Notes: generated by a model not told the origin, from the sequence alone. DNA of 64,000 nt from Calcarisporiella thermophila CBS 279.70 (GCF_041956535.1 NW_027192197.1:889647-953646), one strand, 5' to 3'; positions 13,177-26,171 are shown, counted from the first letter of the stretch. A program made the numbers and translations.

Positions 13177-13359
13177 CTAATGGTGCTCTCCCTTCGGCGT
13201 AGTTGCCCACTCGTACCCACAGTAGACAGCGAAAGCAACCGTGGCGATGCCTAGGCCGGGGAACATGTTCCGTACCATCGTGCGGTTGGTAAAAAGGCTG
13301 TGCTTGCGCCAGGCGTCCCGACGAGCCCAAGGATCGTAGAATCTGGGGGTTTCAGCCAT
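13177..13359 (-). CDS. NDUFB3: Complex I accessory subunit NDUFB3/B12
   Basis: DPWARRDAWR...MFPGLGIATVAFAVY...HH signature. Confidence 0.9.
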   Translation of the reverse strand: MAETPRFYDPWARRDAWRKHSLFTNRTMVRNMFPGLGIATVAFAVYCGYEWATTPKGEHH

Positions 13360-13523
13360 GGTTCTCTCTCGCTTTTGTGTTGAAGGTTGAGATCGATGGA
13401 TTCAAAGTAAGCTCCTATCCACCTCAAAAATTTGAATGTTTTTGAAGGGGGGTACTAAGCCACATCGGAAAGCACCAAATTAAGAGACTGTGTTAAAATT
13501 TCGAACGCGAAAGTTCCTTGAAG

Positions 13524-15062
13524 ATGTCTATTCGGGAGGAAGGCTATGTCGTTATCGAGACAGGATCCTATCAGATCCGGGCAGGCATAAACGTCCATGA
13601 CACCAATCGGGCGCCCTCTGTGGTAATTAACATGACTCTCATCTGATCAGTTTTCTCCACGCGCTGCAATTCATCCCCCTCCCTTCTCTACATTGAACAG
13701 GAAATCGGCACCCGTGTTGCCAAACTAACCGTACCAGAGGCCCTCGACACATCAGCGCAGCCTTCAGCATCAGGGGAGACCCCGGCTGCGGGCGAGACAC
13801 CTCAAGCAGAAGCAGACAAGCCAAAAGCAAAGCAGCAAGACAATCGGTATGTGGTAGGGAATGCACTGACAGAACTGCTGAGGGAGCCAACTAAGGAATA
13901 TGAGGTGATCCATCCGATAAAGAATGGCTTGGTGGAAAACTGGGAGGCATTGGAGGCGCTATGGTAAATATTTGGAACGCGGGATCCTGCTCCCCATGCT
14001 CCCCTTTTATCGCAGATTCCAACTGGCCATTATTTATCCTCTATAGGCATCACATACTTTTCAAGGAGTTTGCCCTGAAAAAATCTCGGAACGAGTCACC
14101 TGTATTGCTCGCGGTTCCGTCCACTTGGACTAAGGATGAATACGAGCGGGTAGCGCAAATCTTCTTCGAGAGTTTTAATTCTCCCGGCATCTACATCACC
14201 GAACAGCCATTGCTTGCTCTCTACGGTGCAGGTTCCGTCACCGGCTTAGTGATAGATATTGGTCATGAAACAACAGGTGAATATATATTTATTATAAAAA
14301 AAAATGCAAACTTGAGTCCCTGTATCCCTAATCCCCTTTTATTACCAACTAGACATTACGCCCGTCATTGACAGTATCGTGCAACACCATGCCACACAAC
14401 AGCTGCACTTGGGTGGAAAACATTTGGAGGAATATTTACTGAGATTACTCAGCGCCAATGAGCAAATCAAGTCCCAGCTAGAGGGAAAGCCCATTGACTT
14501 GAGCCTGGCCCGCCATATCAAGGAATCAGGGGTGTGCAGGGTCATTCCACCGAGCACAGAGGCGGAAGCGAACGCAGAGATGGAGGTGACTCTGCCCGAT
14601 GGAAATGGCAAACTTCGACTCGGGGAGGTGGGCTCGCAGATTGCAGACCCCCTCTTTCGCCCGGAGCTCCTTGGGAAGCAGTGCATCTCACTCCAGGAGG
14701 CTGCGATGGTCTCGATCCTCGCGTGTGAGCCCGAGCGCCGCCCGAACCTTTGGGACTGCGTTGTGGTTACCGGCGGAACCAGCCTTATCCCGGGCTTGCG
14801 AGAACGCGTGCAGCAAGAGATCGAGGCGCTGCTTGCGGTGTCCGAAAATCCAGGCGAGACTCAGTCGCATGAAATCAAGCCCCGCGTGATCCCGGAATAT
14901 TTCACGGCCCTTAAGGACACCAGCGCACAGCACTATGCAACCTATCTGGGAGGGGCAATTGTAGCTAAGCTGCTCTTCCCGGATGCGAAGAATTACACTA
15001 CTAAGGTGGATTACAATGAGCGTGGCCCCTCCGTCGTGCACAACATCGAGAAAAACTATTGA
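13524..15062 (+). CDS. ARP9: Actin-related protein, Arp9-like (SWI/SNF/RSC)
   Basis: Actin-fold motifs (QIFFESFNSPG, GLVIDIG, VVVTGGTSLIPG) plus Arp9-type tail IPEYF...YLGGAIVAK...DYNERGPSVV; 3 introns. Confidence 0.8.
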
Positions 15063-15276
15063 CGAGTGGGGTGAAATGCAAGTAGTTTTGTTTGTTTATT
15101 GCTTTTCTTCTTTCTCTATATCTCTTTCTTCCTCCTCCTCTCTCCTCCCCCCCCCCCCCTTCCCCTTAATCATTCTCCGCTCTTGTTCGACTCTACATCA
15201 GCATGTTTATAAGTAACAAAAAAATAAAAATAAAAGAGAGAAATTAATAATTACAAATCACAAAAAAAAACATGCA

Positions 15277-17912
15277 TCATTTTTTCTTTTCTTGCGACTC
15301 ATCTTCCTCTTCCTCCTCCTCTTCACCTGTGGTTGCTGCATAGACCGGCTTCGGCTGCGTGTGGGCATAGGCTGTAAAAACGGAGTTGGGTCAGTTTCAT
15401 GTTCCTAACAATAACGCCACAATCATCTCACCTTTGCTGATCCAAGTCGGCTCTTCCTCGGCGATCTTCGCATACTTAAGCAACGCCTCACGCGGATCTT
15501 CCTCTATAAAAGGTTCAACACGGCCAGAAGTTAGTATGCAATATCAAGGAATAGCTGAAGGGATGATGTTCAACCTCTGGTGGTATCCTTGATCAGAGCC
15601 CGCATAATATGCTGCGTCTCATTCGTGCCCAGGTTACCTCCTCGTCCATGACCAGTTAGGGAGTCTAGGAATGTAAGAAGAGAGTGGGAAAAAGGGACGA
15701 AGAAATAGAGGTGAGTACTACGTCTATTTCCATGCATGGGTGGTATGGGCTTGCTCCTACCAGGCTTCTTGCTGGCGGCCGGGGCTGCCTTCTCTCGCTT
15801 CCTCTTATGACTTCTTTGGCCCTCATCCCGGAACATTGGCAGTGCGTGTGGCGTGAAGATGGGTCGCTGTATTTCCATCTCATCCACCGCGCGTCGTTTA
15901 GGTTCCTTCACGACACACAGCTTCGCTCCGCGTACTGATATAGATGGATCGTAGAACACATGCACTGATCCATCGGCAGAACCAGTCACGATCTGATTGA
16001 TGCCCGGGTGCCAGAGCACCTTGACCACACTTGACTTCGTGATATCTATAGAGTCAGAGCAGAGTTAAAATAGAGCCCCGTAAAAAAAAGGGTGATAAGA
16101 GACACGTCGCAACTTACGCATTGTCTGAACTATCTCCATGGAATCTCTGTTCAACATGACCAACTTTCCGAAATCTTCTCCCTTTGGTGCAGCAGTGCCT
16201 ATTAAAGGGGGATGAGGGGGAGAATTGGTCGTGAGAGAGTGGCTCACAAGTTAATCCGATGGCAATCCTTGAATACCTGTGACTATAAGCCGCTCATCCG
16301 GAGAGAATACCACATTTGTCTCTGGGTTGACAGTGGGCAATTCAGTGGCCACGGATACTGGCTTTTTGAAATTACGAATGTCAAACACTTGAACATAAAA
16401 AAAGTGCCAAGGAGAAAGTTAGCAAAAAAATGGCAAAACCCAGTCTGTAGTTTTAATGGTACCTTTGACAGTGTCATCACCACCCCGTGTGACCATGGTG
16501 TAGTTGTTCTTTGAGAAGAGTATCGATGAAGTTTCCGTCCCTACCATATGCGCCTCTACTTCCTTTATATGCAAGCACAAATTTCAAGAAGCTTAGAACA
16601 GACCCGTATAAAAATCGGTAAGAGCAAGAAATAGAGAATTACATGGGATGGCCGCAAGTATGGCCCATTGACTGGCCACAGGCATATTCCACCGTCAGTA
16701 GAAGCTAGAATTAAATGATAAGTGCCATTAGTTCTGTAAATAACCACATGAAGTCGTTTAGCAATGCCTACCTCCCGCGATATATTTGCCGTCCGGACTA
16801 TATCCAACTGCAGTGACGGTGACCCGCTGCCCGACTTTCTTCTTGGACCGCACCACGATCACCTGCTTCTGTTTTTGTGTATAGTTGGCGTCCCATATCC
16901 TACAAACATGTCTAGAAGTTAAATATGCAATCCTGGTCAAGCAGAGGGTCCAAGTTTACCGAATGGTGCTGTCCATGGATGCCGTTGAAAAATTCTCTTT
17001 TGTAAATGGGTCCCACGCACCACTGGTGAGCGTCGCCACATGGCCGCTAGAAACAAAGCAGTTTGGTTAAGAGGGAGAATACAAAATATCATGTGGCGAG
17101 TAAGGGGAAAAGGCTGCGGCAAAACGCGCTTACTTGGTATTTCTCATATCGCGTATATATGGGTCACCCTTTGAAAACTCGGCGCTGGAATGGTTAGCAC
17201 ACAGGGTAAGCAAGAAAGATCAACCCTATCCTATGTACAATACAATACACTACTTACAGCTGGAACCCATTGCGATCATAGAGCTTTGCTCTTGCAGACG
17301 TGGTCACGACAAGGAATTGATCGCCCGTTATGCTATATTGGAGATCACGGACTTGATTGCCCTCGGACGGCTCGATGCTCCGAAAAGGCTTAAAGCTTCG
17401 ATCCATGCCAGCAAAATCCCAGAATTTGACCTCGTAATCATATCCTCCGGTTAATAGGCGCGAACCCGATGGGTCCAGAGAGAGGGCAGAGACTGTCTAG
17501 AAATAGCAATAATACATATATGGTGAAGGTTGGATTCAAACAGAGATACAGTAGCAGATCAAAAAGCCAGTATTACCCTAAAATGATCTTTGAGTACAAT
17601 CTCATGCGAGATCGGCAGATTGTCATATCCATCAGCTTCCCCGTCCAAATCGTCATCATCGTCATCGTCATCGCTGTCATGTGCAACAGACACTGCTTCA
17701 CGATTATTCTTTGCTCGTTTTGACGAGGAGGTGGAGTGAAGGGAGGGAGGAATCGGCGGTCCTATTTCATCGCCCTCACCCTCCACCCGTCTTCGAGTCT
17801 TTTCAAACTCTTCGACTACATTCTTTTTCTTGGACTGCTTTCCAAACGAAGTGGGAAGGAATGAGCTGAGGAGGTCGCTCGCGCTGCCTCCGCCTTTCTT
17901 TTTCTCGGCCAT
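15277..17912 (-). CDS. WDR70: WD40-repeat protein WDR70
   Basis: LPTSFGKQ, LPISHEIVLKDH, FWDFAGMD, KGDPYIRDMRNTKGH, WHPGINQIVTGSADG, IFTPHALPMFR, DPREALLKYA; many introns. Confidence 0.92.
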
Positions 17913-18080
17913 GATCGCTAGCAACAAAAAGATCTGTACGGTGTTCGAAGCACTTAAATTACTCTAATTATGTCTGCTAATTTTCTGAAACTCGTGTTTT
18001 ATTAAATTGGATATCTCGGCAAAAATGGATACATTCTAAAAGATGCTAATTGAATTGATAAGACTCCAGGGAAGAGCGCT

Positions 18081-19154
18081 CTATTTTTCTATTGTGTCGT
18101 CACCCTCTCTCCAGGTTTCCATTTTCTCTTGGCGTGCTTTGTGCATTCCCTCCTCGAAGGTAAACCCTATAGAGCTGTAGACCGCATCTAGTTGTATTTC
18201 AAGAAAGTGGTTCGTCCCCTTGAGGCCTGGCAAAAGAAAAAAAGCAGTAAGAGTAATAAGAGATAGGAGTTAAAATCCGCGAGCTAAGAAATGAGGGAAA
18301 AATGGGGGCATTGTTTTGGTGGATTCACATACGATCCGTTACTTGCTTTGCCCACGAAAAATATTCTTGGACTTGCAGAGGTGTCCAACCACTAGGCACA
18401 CGCCTAGTCAAATCGCGGAGCCTGTAGAGCTTCAGTGCTAGCCTGATATTCTTCGCCTATGGCAAACCATGGACATGTGTTGAATTGTGAGTGCTCAACC
18501 AGCCTGAGAGCATACAAAGTAATCTCACCCTGAAAGAAACGCTCGATGCCCGTTCTATCTGCAAGTGCTTGCGTACCATCTTGGGCAGGGATTTATCATC
18601 GCTACACTCTTCCACAAGATTGCGCACTTCTTTCCCAAAGGATTGCTCCAACTGTCCGCAAATTGCTTACATTAATGATATAGAACTCGCTGGAAAAACA
18701 AAAAGCGATGTTACCTCCTCTAGAGTGGTATTAGAGGCTTCGACGGTGTTGCACAACATGGCTGCCTATTAACGTGGGTTATTTGCTTGGGTTACCAGGA
18801 ATACGCGCATATGGAGTTAGACAGGGATGATTACCTGCAGCGTTGCTAGGTCATGAACGCCGCTCTCTACAAGTAACTTTGCTACTCCCAAGGAATGTAT
18901 AATACAGGCTGTCCATAATAAGCAATTAACAGGCGTTGCCCAAGTAAACAAGGAATTTACAAGCGCTTACATGACACGGCCTCTTCATTTCGTTGTGTTG
19001 CATGCTTTCGGGAGGTATATTCTGTGTACGAAAGAGTCAAACAAATAAAGAGCACATTAGCGTACAAGAGGTGCTGAACTTTGTGTAGTTGCTTACCGCA
19101 ACAGAGAAGAAGCTTGGAATGGTCTGGGAGAGATGGGACATTGAGTATCAACAT
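18081..19154 (-). CDS. MESH1/HDDC3 paralog with substituted catalytic residues (predicted pseudo-hydrolase), 7 exons, open frame
   Basis: Spliced translation [46 protein letters not shown]...AAMLCNTVEASNTTLEE...[10 protein letters not shown]...RLALKLYRLRDL...GWTPLQVQEYFSWAKQV; same six intron positions as the 2545-3593 copy. Confidence 0.88.
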
Positions 19155-19349
19155 TTGAGTAAATTCCTTCGCAATTCCAACGAATTAACGATTAAACAAG
19201 CAAGCAAACAAACAGTCTATAACAGCCAATGTCTAAATGTCTATATAAATAAAGAGAAGAGGCACCGAATATTACAAAATGGAGAGTAAAATGACAAGAG
19301 CCTTCGTGCTCAAGCTGCACCTTAAATAAGCACATGTCAAAGAGGATCG

Positions 19350-20450
19350 AAGGTCAAACCGCCTCCTTGCTAGCAGCGCAGGGTATGACTGGGATTCCAA
19401 AATGGGTGCTCTGAGCAAAGGGTGCGAAACCAGATGAATAATTCACTCTCTGGTTTGTCGCTTTCCACACGCTGGAGATCCTCTCTCGAGCCCTCCCTCT
19501 CAGTCCACACTCGCCTGATCCATATGCCCAGGAAAATCTTTCGGAGTACCAATAAAGCTTGATTAGCCCAGAGTGCTCACACCGCTGGTTTCAGGTTCTG
19601 CGGAACCTATCTTCTATCCTCGCCTTCGATTCCTCGAGCCTACGCCGCAAATCCTCAGGCTGGAGCGCGAACACACCTTGCGCCATTTGGAGAGGGTTGT
19701 GCTGGAGAGGAGGAGAGCAGGGAATCATTCTGGGATCCGTTGGGTCCGAGGAAGCTCCCGTCGTTGACCACACAAACCGGTCCGTGGACCAATGGCTTAG
19801 GGAGCACTTGGAGGCTCTGTCTCACTCTTCGAGATAGGTTGGTACCGGTGGAGAGAGACTTGGCGACTGATGCGGCACGCTGGATTGATACCGGCCCTCC
19901 CGCGCGCGGTTCCACTGAGGATACAAGTTCGGAGTGGCTGGCTGTCAAAAGATGCTGCGCAATCGTGGGTGGTTCCCTTTGGGCTTAATCCGCTATCTAC
20001 CCTCCCGCCACCTGGAATACAAAAGACGAAGGTTGGGCAACCGGCATTCGCTCCTTGGCTCTCGCCCACACTGGCGGTCGTGCTGGCGGTGGACCTTTGA
20101 GCTCTGCTTGATCATATACTGCAACGGTAGGGTGCAAAGCGAGCATGTGTCAATGGCTGACAGGTCTTGCTCTGGATGCCCCGCACTTGCCCCCCTCAGC
20201 CAAGGATGTATTCATGGTATCAAGCTTTAGACCCACGGGTCTTCATTTTTTTACAAGCCACTCCTTTCGCTAATTTGAGCTGCCAAGGCTCTTCTTTAGT
20301 CGGTAAGTGTACGCAACCGAAGGAACGTGCTCTGATTGAACTCTTTGAAAGGGTTGCAGTGCAGCCCCATGATTGCTACCCTCCTCCCATCCCCTTTGAC
20401 ATAATTTGCTATGGGATCGGCCCTCCACCGCGCACTACGCCCTAGGTAAT
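19350..20450. pseudogene. GC-rich coding-like tract without a coherent ORF (possible decayed gene or mobile-element relic)
   Basis: Elevated GC with only short ORFs in several frames on both strands and no recognisable domain. Confidence 0.2.
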
Positions 20451-20712
20451 TCAAGATTCAGTCTATCGCCCTCCCAAGAGTACTCGAATGATAAATATAA
20501 GGATTTTGCCATTATGAGGCGGAGCTTGCATCAAAAAATGAGTGTATGGAGAGATAGTCTACAGCACAAAGCAAGATTGTGTATTTCGAACTCTTATCTT
20601 ATCTAAGGTTTTATGTGAGAGTGGGGGAGGGGTTAAAAAATAACAATATCACAAATAACGGAAAAGCGATTTAATATCAGAGTAAAACTGGAACCCAGAT
20701 TCCAAAAATGCA

Positions 20713-23200
20713 TCAGACGTTGAGGGGAATACTCATCACGTCTTTTCCAGCCCGTATCTCACTGGCAGTGGGCATTTTTCCGAGACGTATCTATTGAGCA
20801 AAAAACGAGAGTCAATTGCCAGAACAAGCCAAAAACCGCCTCCGGCATTCCCCCTTACCAGCTCGGTGCAATAGGATACCACTGGATCTTTCTGCAGCGA
20901 AGCCACTGCGAGTACCTTCTCGCCCAGCACGTAAAATGCGACAAAGGCGAGCCCGTCCAAATCCCCTTGGATGATCACATCATCGAAATGGGAGGCGAAG
21001 CCGCAGTAGCGGAGAGATTTGCCGTGTTGCGCCTATTAGCATATCAGAGGAGGGGTCAGATCCAAGACGGGGAACCGATGCTCTTCATCCCACTCTTCGT
21101 CACCTACCGTCCAGAAATAGGGAATGTGCGTAAACTCTTGGCTATCCCCGTGCACAATATTCAGGGCCGCCAGTCGTCCCATGTTGAGCCCCACATTCCA
21201 GTGCTCGATCCGGATGGATTCGTCAGTGAGTCTTCGCAGCGGGAAGTGAGCGACATCGCCCACGGCATACACATTTTCGACGCCAGGCACTCGCAAATGG
21301 GCGTTTACGCGAAGCCCGCCATCCTTCTCCAGCTGGAAGCCTGGCGAATCCCGAAGATAGGAGGTTTGCGGCGCAACCCCCGTGCCCAATATAACAAGGT
21401 CGGCGGGCAACACCTCTCCGGATTGAAGGACAACGCCGCCCGCGCGGGAAGCGTCGTTGCCTATCGATGGATAAAAAAAAAGTTTGGTTCAAGGTCCGTC
21501 AGTACCCTTTGGAGGTTGGAAATCGTTAAGAGGGAAAAGGATATTCACTGTCTGATTGGATATGTGAAACTCCCGAGCCCATCCTGAAGGAGACCCCTTT
21601 GGATTCGTGCAGTTTCTGGAGCGCGCGGCCGATCTTTTCTCCCAGCACCCGATCGAACGGCACCTTCCCCATTCCCACCACCGTCACCTCTGCACCTTTA
21701 CTCACTATTGCCGATGCAAGCTCCATCCCAATGAAAGAAGAGCCGACCACAACAACCTTGGGCTTCTGCTTTGCCTCTAAGGCTAGACCAGAGATAAGGG
21801 GCGTTGTAAGGAGTCGAACTAACCTGGAGAGGGAGAACTTTCGATTACCTTGAGTAATACTGATGTTGTTCTGGAATGTGCGAAGTGTGAAAACATTCGA
21901 GAGATCAGATCCACTGATAGGGGGAACTCGAGGCTAGGGAGGGGGGGGGGAGGGCAAAGACGTGAGCAACTTTTGGATATCTCCCATCAGCAACCCCAAT
22001 CGTGAATGAGATGAACGTACCCAGCCCCCGGTGCCAATGACAAGGTAGTCGTAGTTGAGTTTTCTGCCGTCGGCCAAGGTGACGAACTTTTGAAGAGGAT
22101 CGACACGCGTCGCGTCCTACCGGAGAAATTGGAATGCACTAGGAGGTCAAACGCGTTTTTCCATCCGAGAAGACAGAACTTACGGTCCCTAGGATGAACT
22201 CAACGTTCATTTCGCTATAAAACGCATTTCCTCGTAGCGCGATTTTATCGGCCTCTCCCGAATGCAAGGCTTTACTGAGCATCGGGCGATCAATGGGGAA
22301 GTACGTCTCCCGGCTCACCACAATAACGCGACCTGCATATCCCTCCTCACGGAGTTTCTGCGCACATGCCGAACCACTTGCCCCACCACCCAGAATGACG
22401 GTGCAGGTGTCGGGCTTGATTTGCTTGGCGAGAGAGAGGCGAGGCTTACGCCGGCCCACTTTCAACTCTGTTCCAAACCAGTGGAGAAGATCAGCATGCT
22501 AGGTCTGGCATTCGGCTAATTCTTATGGTGTGCTTACGCTCTTCATCGGCCTTGACGTAAATCTTGCCGTCTTCTACGCTCACCTCATAGATGCACAGGC
22601 TATCTAAAGCTGGTGCGTCCTCTATATACGATAAATACATAGGCATATGTTCAGTTATTGTGAATGGAACCACGGCTCTTGGCATGTCTCAAGGCATTAG
22701 ACTTAAAATGAAAAATGAGAGCAAAATAGCGCACCTATATCCCCTGTCGCCGAGTTAAAGCAAGCTCCGTGCCAAGGGCACGTAATTCTACCATCTTTCG
22801 CGAGCACGCCCTTTTCTAGGGGGGCCTGTTCATCCACAAAGTATAAAAAGAGTATCTATGAGTGCTCTGGCTCAAAGGAAGGGAGAAGAGAGAATCTTGA
22901 CAAACCCCATAGTGCGTGCAGCGCGGAGACGTGGCATGGTATTTGCCGTTCAAGAATGAGAGCAGCACGGAGTACTCACCGAACTTGAACTCTTTCCTGC
23001 CAGAATGGAATACGCGATTTGGATGTGAATGGAACGGTAACATATATGATTTTCAATGTCATTTACAATTCTCCATCGCGAAGATCCCCCTCCCTGGCAA
23101 CCTCGTGTTTGAAAACTGGCATTGCGAGCGGACACGTAGTAAAATAAGTCTTTGAGAATCTGGGGAGCGCTGGTAAAGCCCGCCTAAATAATGTTCTCAT
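20713..23200 (-). CDS. AIFM3/Aif1-like Rieske [2Fe-2S] plus FAD-dependent pyridine nucleotide oxidoreductase
   Basis: Rieske motifs CTHYG and CPWHGACF; [51 protein letters not shown]; multiple introns. Confidence 0.9.
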
Positions 23201-23490
23201 GCGGAAGAAAGAAAAATACCCTGAGGAACGGAAATTCATCCCTGGCAGAGCAGAACGCCAGCGGAGTTTCACGCGATTTCTAGTCAAAATAGGAAGTCAC
23301 GATAAATTCCCTCTCTCTTTCCTTCTTTGCACAATGTCTCTACTAAGATCGTAGCCTCCCTCCACCCCTCCCCCTCTCTTTCCCCTCGTCCGGAGAGGGA
23401 GGAGAGGGAACGGTCAGAAAGCCATCTCACTTGTCTACAGTAAACATTATAATGTATCTTTATTCTATAGCAGTAGGGAAAAATTTCATC

Positions 23491-24902
23491 TCATGATGCT
23501 TGCGACGTGGATTCTCCGGCTTGGGTGATCCTCCGATCAGGCGATACCACCCCACTCTCCCTCCCCTCCTCAACGTCGACACTCGGTGCAAATAAGAGCA
23601 AGGCAATGCAGCAGCCCGTGAGGCAGCAGAAGATCGCCAGCACAATAAACAGGGGGATGAAGACATAGGCCAGCCGCATGCCCCCTTGGGCGTTTTCGTC
23701 TAGGAGACGCGCCAGCAACCCAAGAGTGGTGTAGAAGAGAGCGCTTCCAATCACCAGCAGGACCCCCAGTATGATGGCGGTCAGCTTGCCCTGCGCCGCC
23801 ATCTCTGGAGGGTACTTGCGCACGCGGATGTAGAGCACAACGATGCGGAGGGCCAGGAGCACCGCCACCAGATAAAGTGGGACGAAGATCGCACCCCAAG
23901 AGCTGCGTATGACCCCGTCTATCCGCAAGACGATCAGAACCACCTGCAGGATCCGGATCAACCATCCTCCAAACACCTCCCACGTCAGCACCGCCTTCAT
24001 CAGCGGACCACCGAGCTTGGGCTGCTCCTGTCCGCCCACTTCGGCGGCTCTCCGGTCATGCTCAGCCAGCATCCGTGAGGCGACCACATAGTTGACGACA
24101 TTCTTCACCAACATAATGGCCTCGATCGCAAAGTAGGGGGCAAACACCGCGCCTGCCGACCACGAGACACGCCCATCCGCATTCAAAACAATAAACACCT
24201 CGAAGAGTACCGTGAGGAAAAAGAATACGGCCGTGAGGATCCGTGCCAACCTTCCCAGGCGCTGTTTTGTCTTTGTGCGGCGTTCTCGGCGCTCGGCTCT
24301 CTGCTCCTCGCTCAGCATCTCATCCTCCTCTCCTGCCTCCATTTCTTCGCCCTCCTCCTCGCCCTCCTTGCCCTCCGTTTCTCCCTTCAGCAATATGGGC
24401 CCCACCGACACGATGGCTATTACGTTCAGGACCCATATAGGTATGAACACCACGGCCCAGCTCCATCCGACTCCGCTGTCGATCTTGACGGTGAGGAATG
24501 CGAGGAAGATTATGCTAAGCAGGATAAAGAGGGTGAAGGTGAGCGACAACGAGCACAACATGCTCTCCATGTCCGGATCAAACAGCGGTATGGTGCCCAG
24601 CATATTGACCCCCATCTCTCCATATTTGTCATAGATCTGACGTTTTTTCGGATCACTCAGGATATCGTATGCGTGGCTTATAGATTTGAACTATTCAAAA
24701 AATGGGGGGAAGACAGCAAATGAGGGGGGAGGGGTAAAGAAAGAGAGGAAGTTGTGTGCGGGCGTACCTGTTCGCCTGCATTTGGATTTTTATCGGGGTG
24801 ATAGCGGAGGGCGAGTTTGCGATAGGCTTTTTTGATTTCATCGGGGGATGCGGTCTTGGCTACGCCAAGTGTCTCATAAAGATGAGTTGTATTGCGATCC
24901 AT
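23491..24902 (-). CDS. J-domain protein fused to a TMEM185/FAM11-like multi-pass membrane region
   Basis: LYETLGV...[18 protein letters not shown], then after an intron [17 protein letters not shown]; repeated W-x-W-x-x-V-F-x-P motifs ([31 protein letters not shown]); Cys cluster FCCLTGCC. Confidence 0.85.
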
Positions 24903-25341
24903 CGCCTAGACCAGTATTACTATATAAATAACAATTGGAAATTGCAAATGTGAAGCGAAATGACTGAAGCAAAAGACTATGGGGGGGGATGTTTTAGATC
25001 ACCAGAGGATCTGGAGATCAACGTAAAAGAAATAGAAAAAGAAAAATATATATTATAGGATGACTAAAGCAAAAGAATACAGCTCTCGTTGGGGAATGGG
25101 AAGATCCGATCGACTAAAGGAGAGGCGATATGCAAATAAATACAAGGGGAAGGATCGATTGGGATGGGCAATCGTAACAGAGGATCTACTCTGTTTTTTG
25201 AAACAAGCCGTTTAGAAAAATAGATGGTTCCATTGACAAGGCGGCTTAGATTCTCATGAATGGCCCAGGCCGGAGGTGACCTATTTCAGTGACTTATTTT
25301 CGAGATTGCGGCCGTCGTCACGATCCCCTCAATCATACACC

Positions 25342-25785
25342 ATGTCCACCACGGCTGGTACGTTGTTTCATGAATTCCCGGACTCCTCGCAGCTCATCAC
25401 TGAATCGAACACCAATGCTTTTGCCCTTTACTGTCCCCAGCCTAATTGCAACTGTCTCATACTTCGCTCTGGAGTCGGAGAATGGGTCGAACGCGCTTCC
25501 ATCCCAGTATAGTTTTCTTTCGGCTCCTCCACTATTGGCTTTGATGCTGACCATTTGCTATAGTTGCCAGAGCAAAAGCCGACCGAGGGCAGCCCACAAC
25601 GTTACTGGCTGATTCGAAAGATGATGGACTTTGAGAATATTGGCTTCTCGAAAACAGTAGGGACCGTGAAATATCTTTCCTGCGCAGACTGTGATGTCGG
25701 CCCATTAGGCATGCATGACACCGATGGCCAAGAGAAAGAATATTTGATTGCAGTGGACAAAGTGAAATATGCGCCGAAGAAATAG
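25342..25785 (+). CDS. RABIF: Rab-interacting factor Mss4/RABIF/Dss4 family (2 exons)
   Basis: Zn-binding YCPQPNCNCLIL and MMDFENIGFSKTV...YLSCADCDVGPLG. Confidence 0.92.
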
Positions 25786-26171
25786 TGGATATAATGTTCT
25801 TTTTATATATATAAATAGATTGTCATTGTTTATTATATGGGATTTATTTTTTTTTTGGTTCTCCCGCCACATCCTAGACAATAATGTCTGAAAAAAAGGG
25901 AGAGAATGAGGGAGGGGGAGATGAAGGGGATAAAGGTGAAGGAATGCAGGATAAATGGGTGAGCAGATACAAGTAGGATGTACGCTGGCACCTTTCAACT
26001 TTTCAAAGGGCAAGCAGAAGATAAATAGTCAATAAATAGGGGAGGATATAAAGGTGGAGGGCAGCAAAATAGAAGTGTTCAAAGTAGAAAACACGCGGAT
26101 ATATTGTACAAGAAGCGAACTAACGGCGGATATTGCATAGAGGAGAGAGGGGGTTTGGTTCCCTCGTTTTT

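Noticed and set aside
18081-23200. Functional NADPH/cell-death module of pseudo-MESH1 plus the AIF-like oxidoreductase
   Set aside because: Only adjacency supports it; no shared regulatory signal seen.
24960-25080. Imperfect direct repeat ATGACT(G/A)AAGCAAAAGA in the DnaJ/RABIF promoter
   Set aside because: Only two copies in purine-rich sequence; not an array and no functional evidence.
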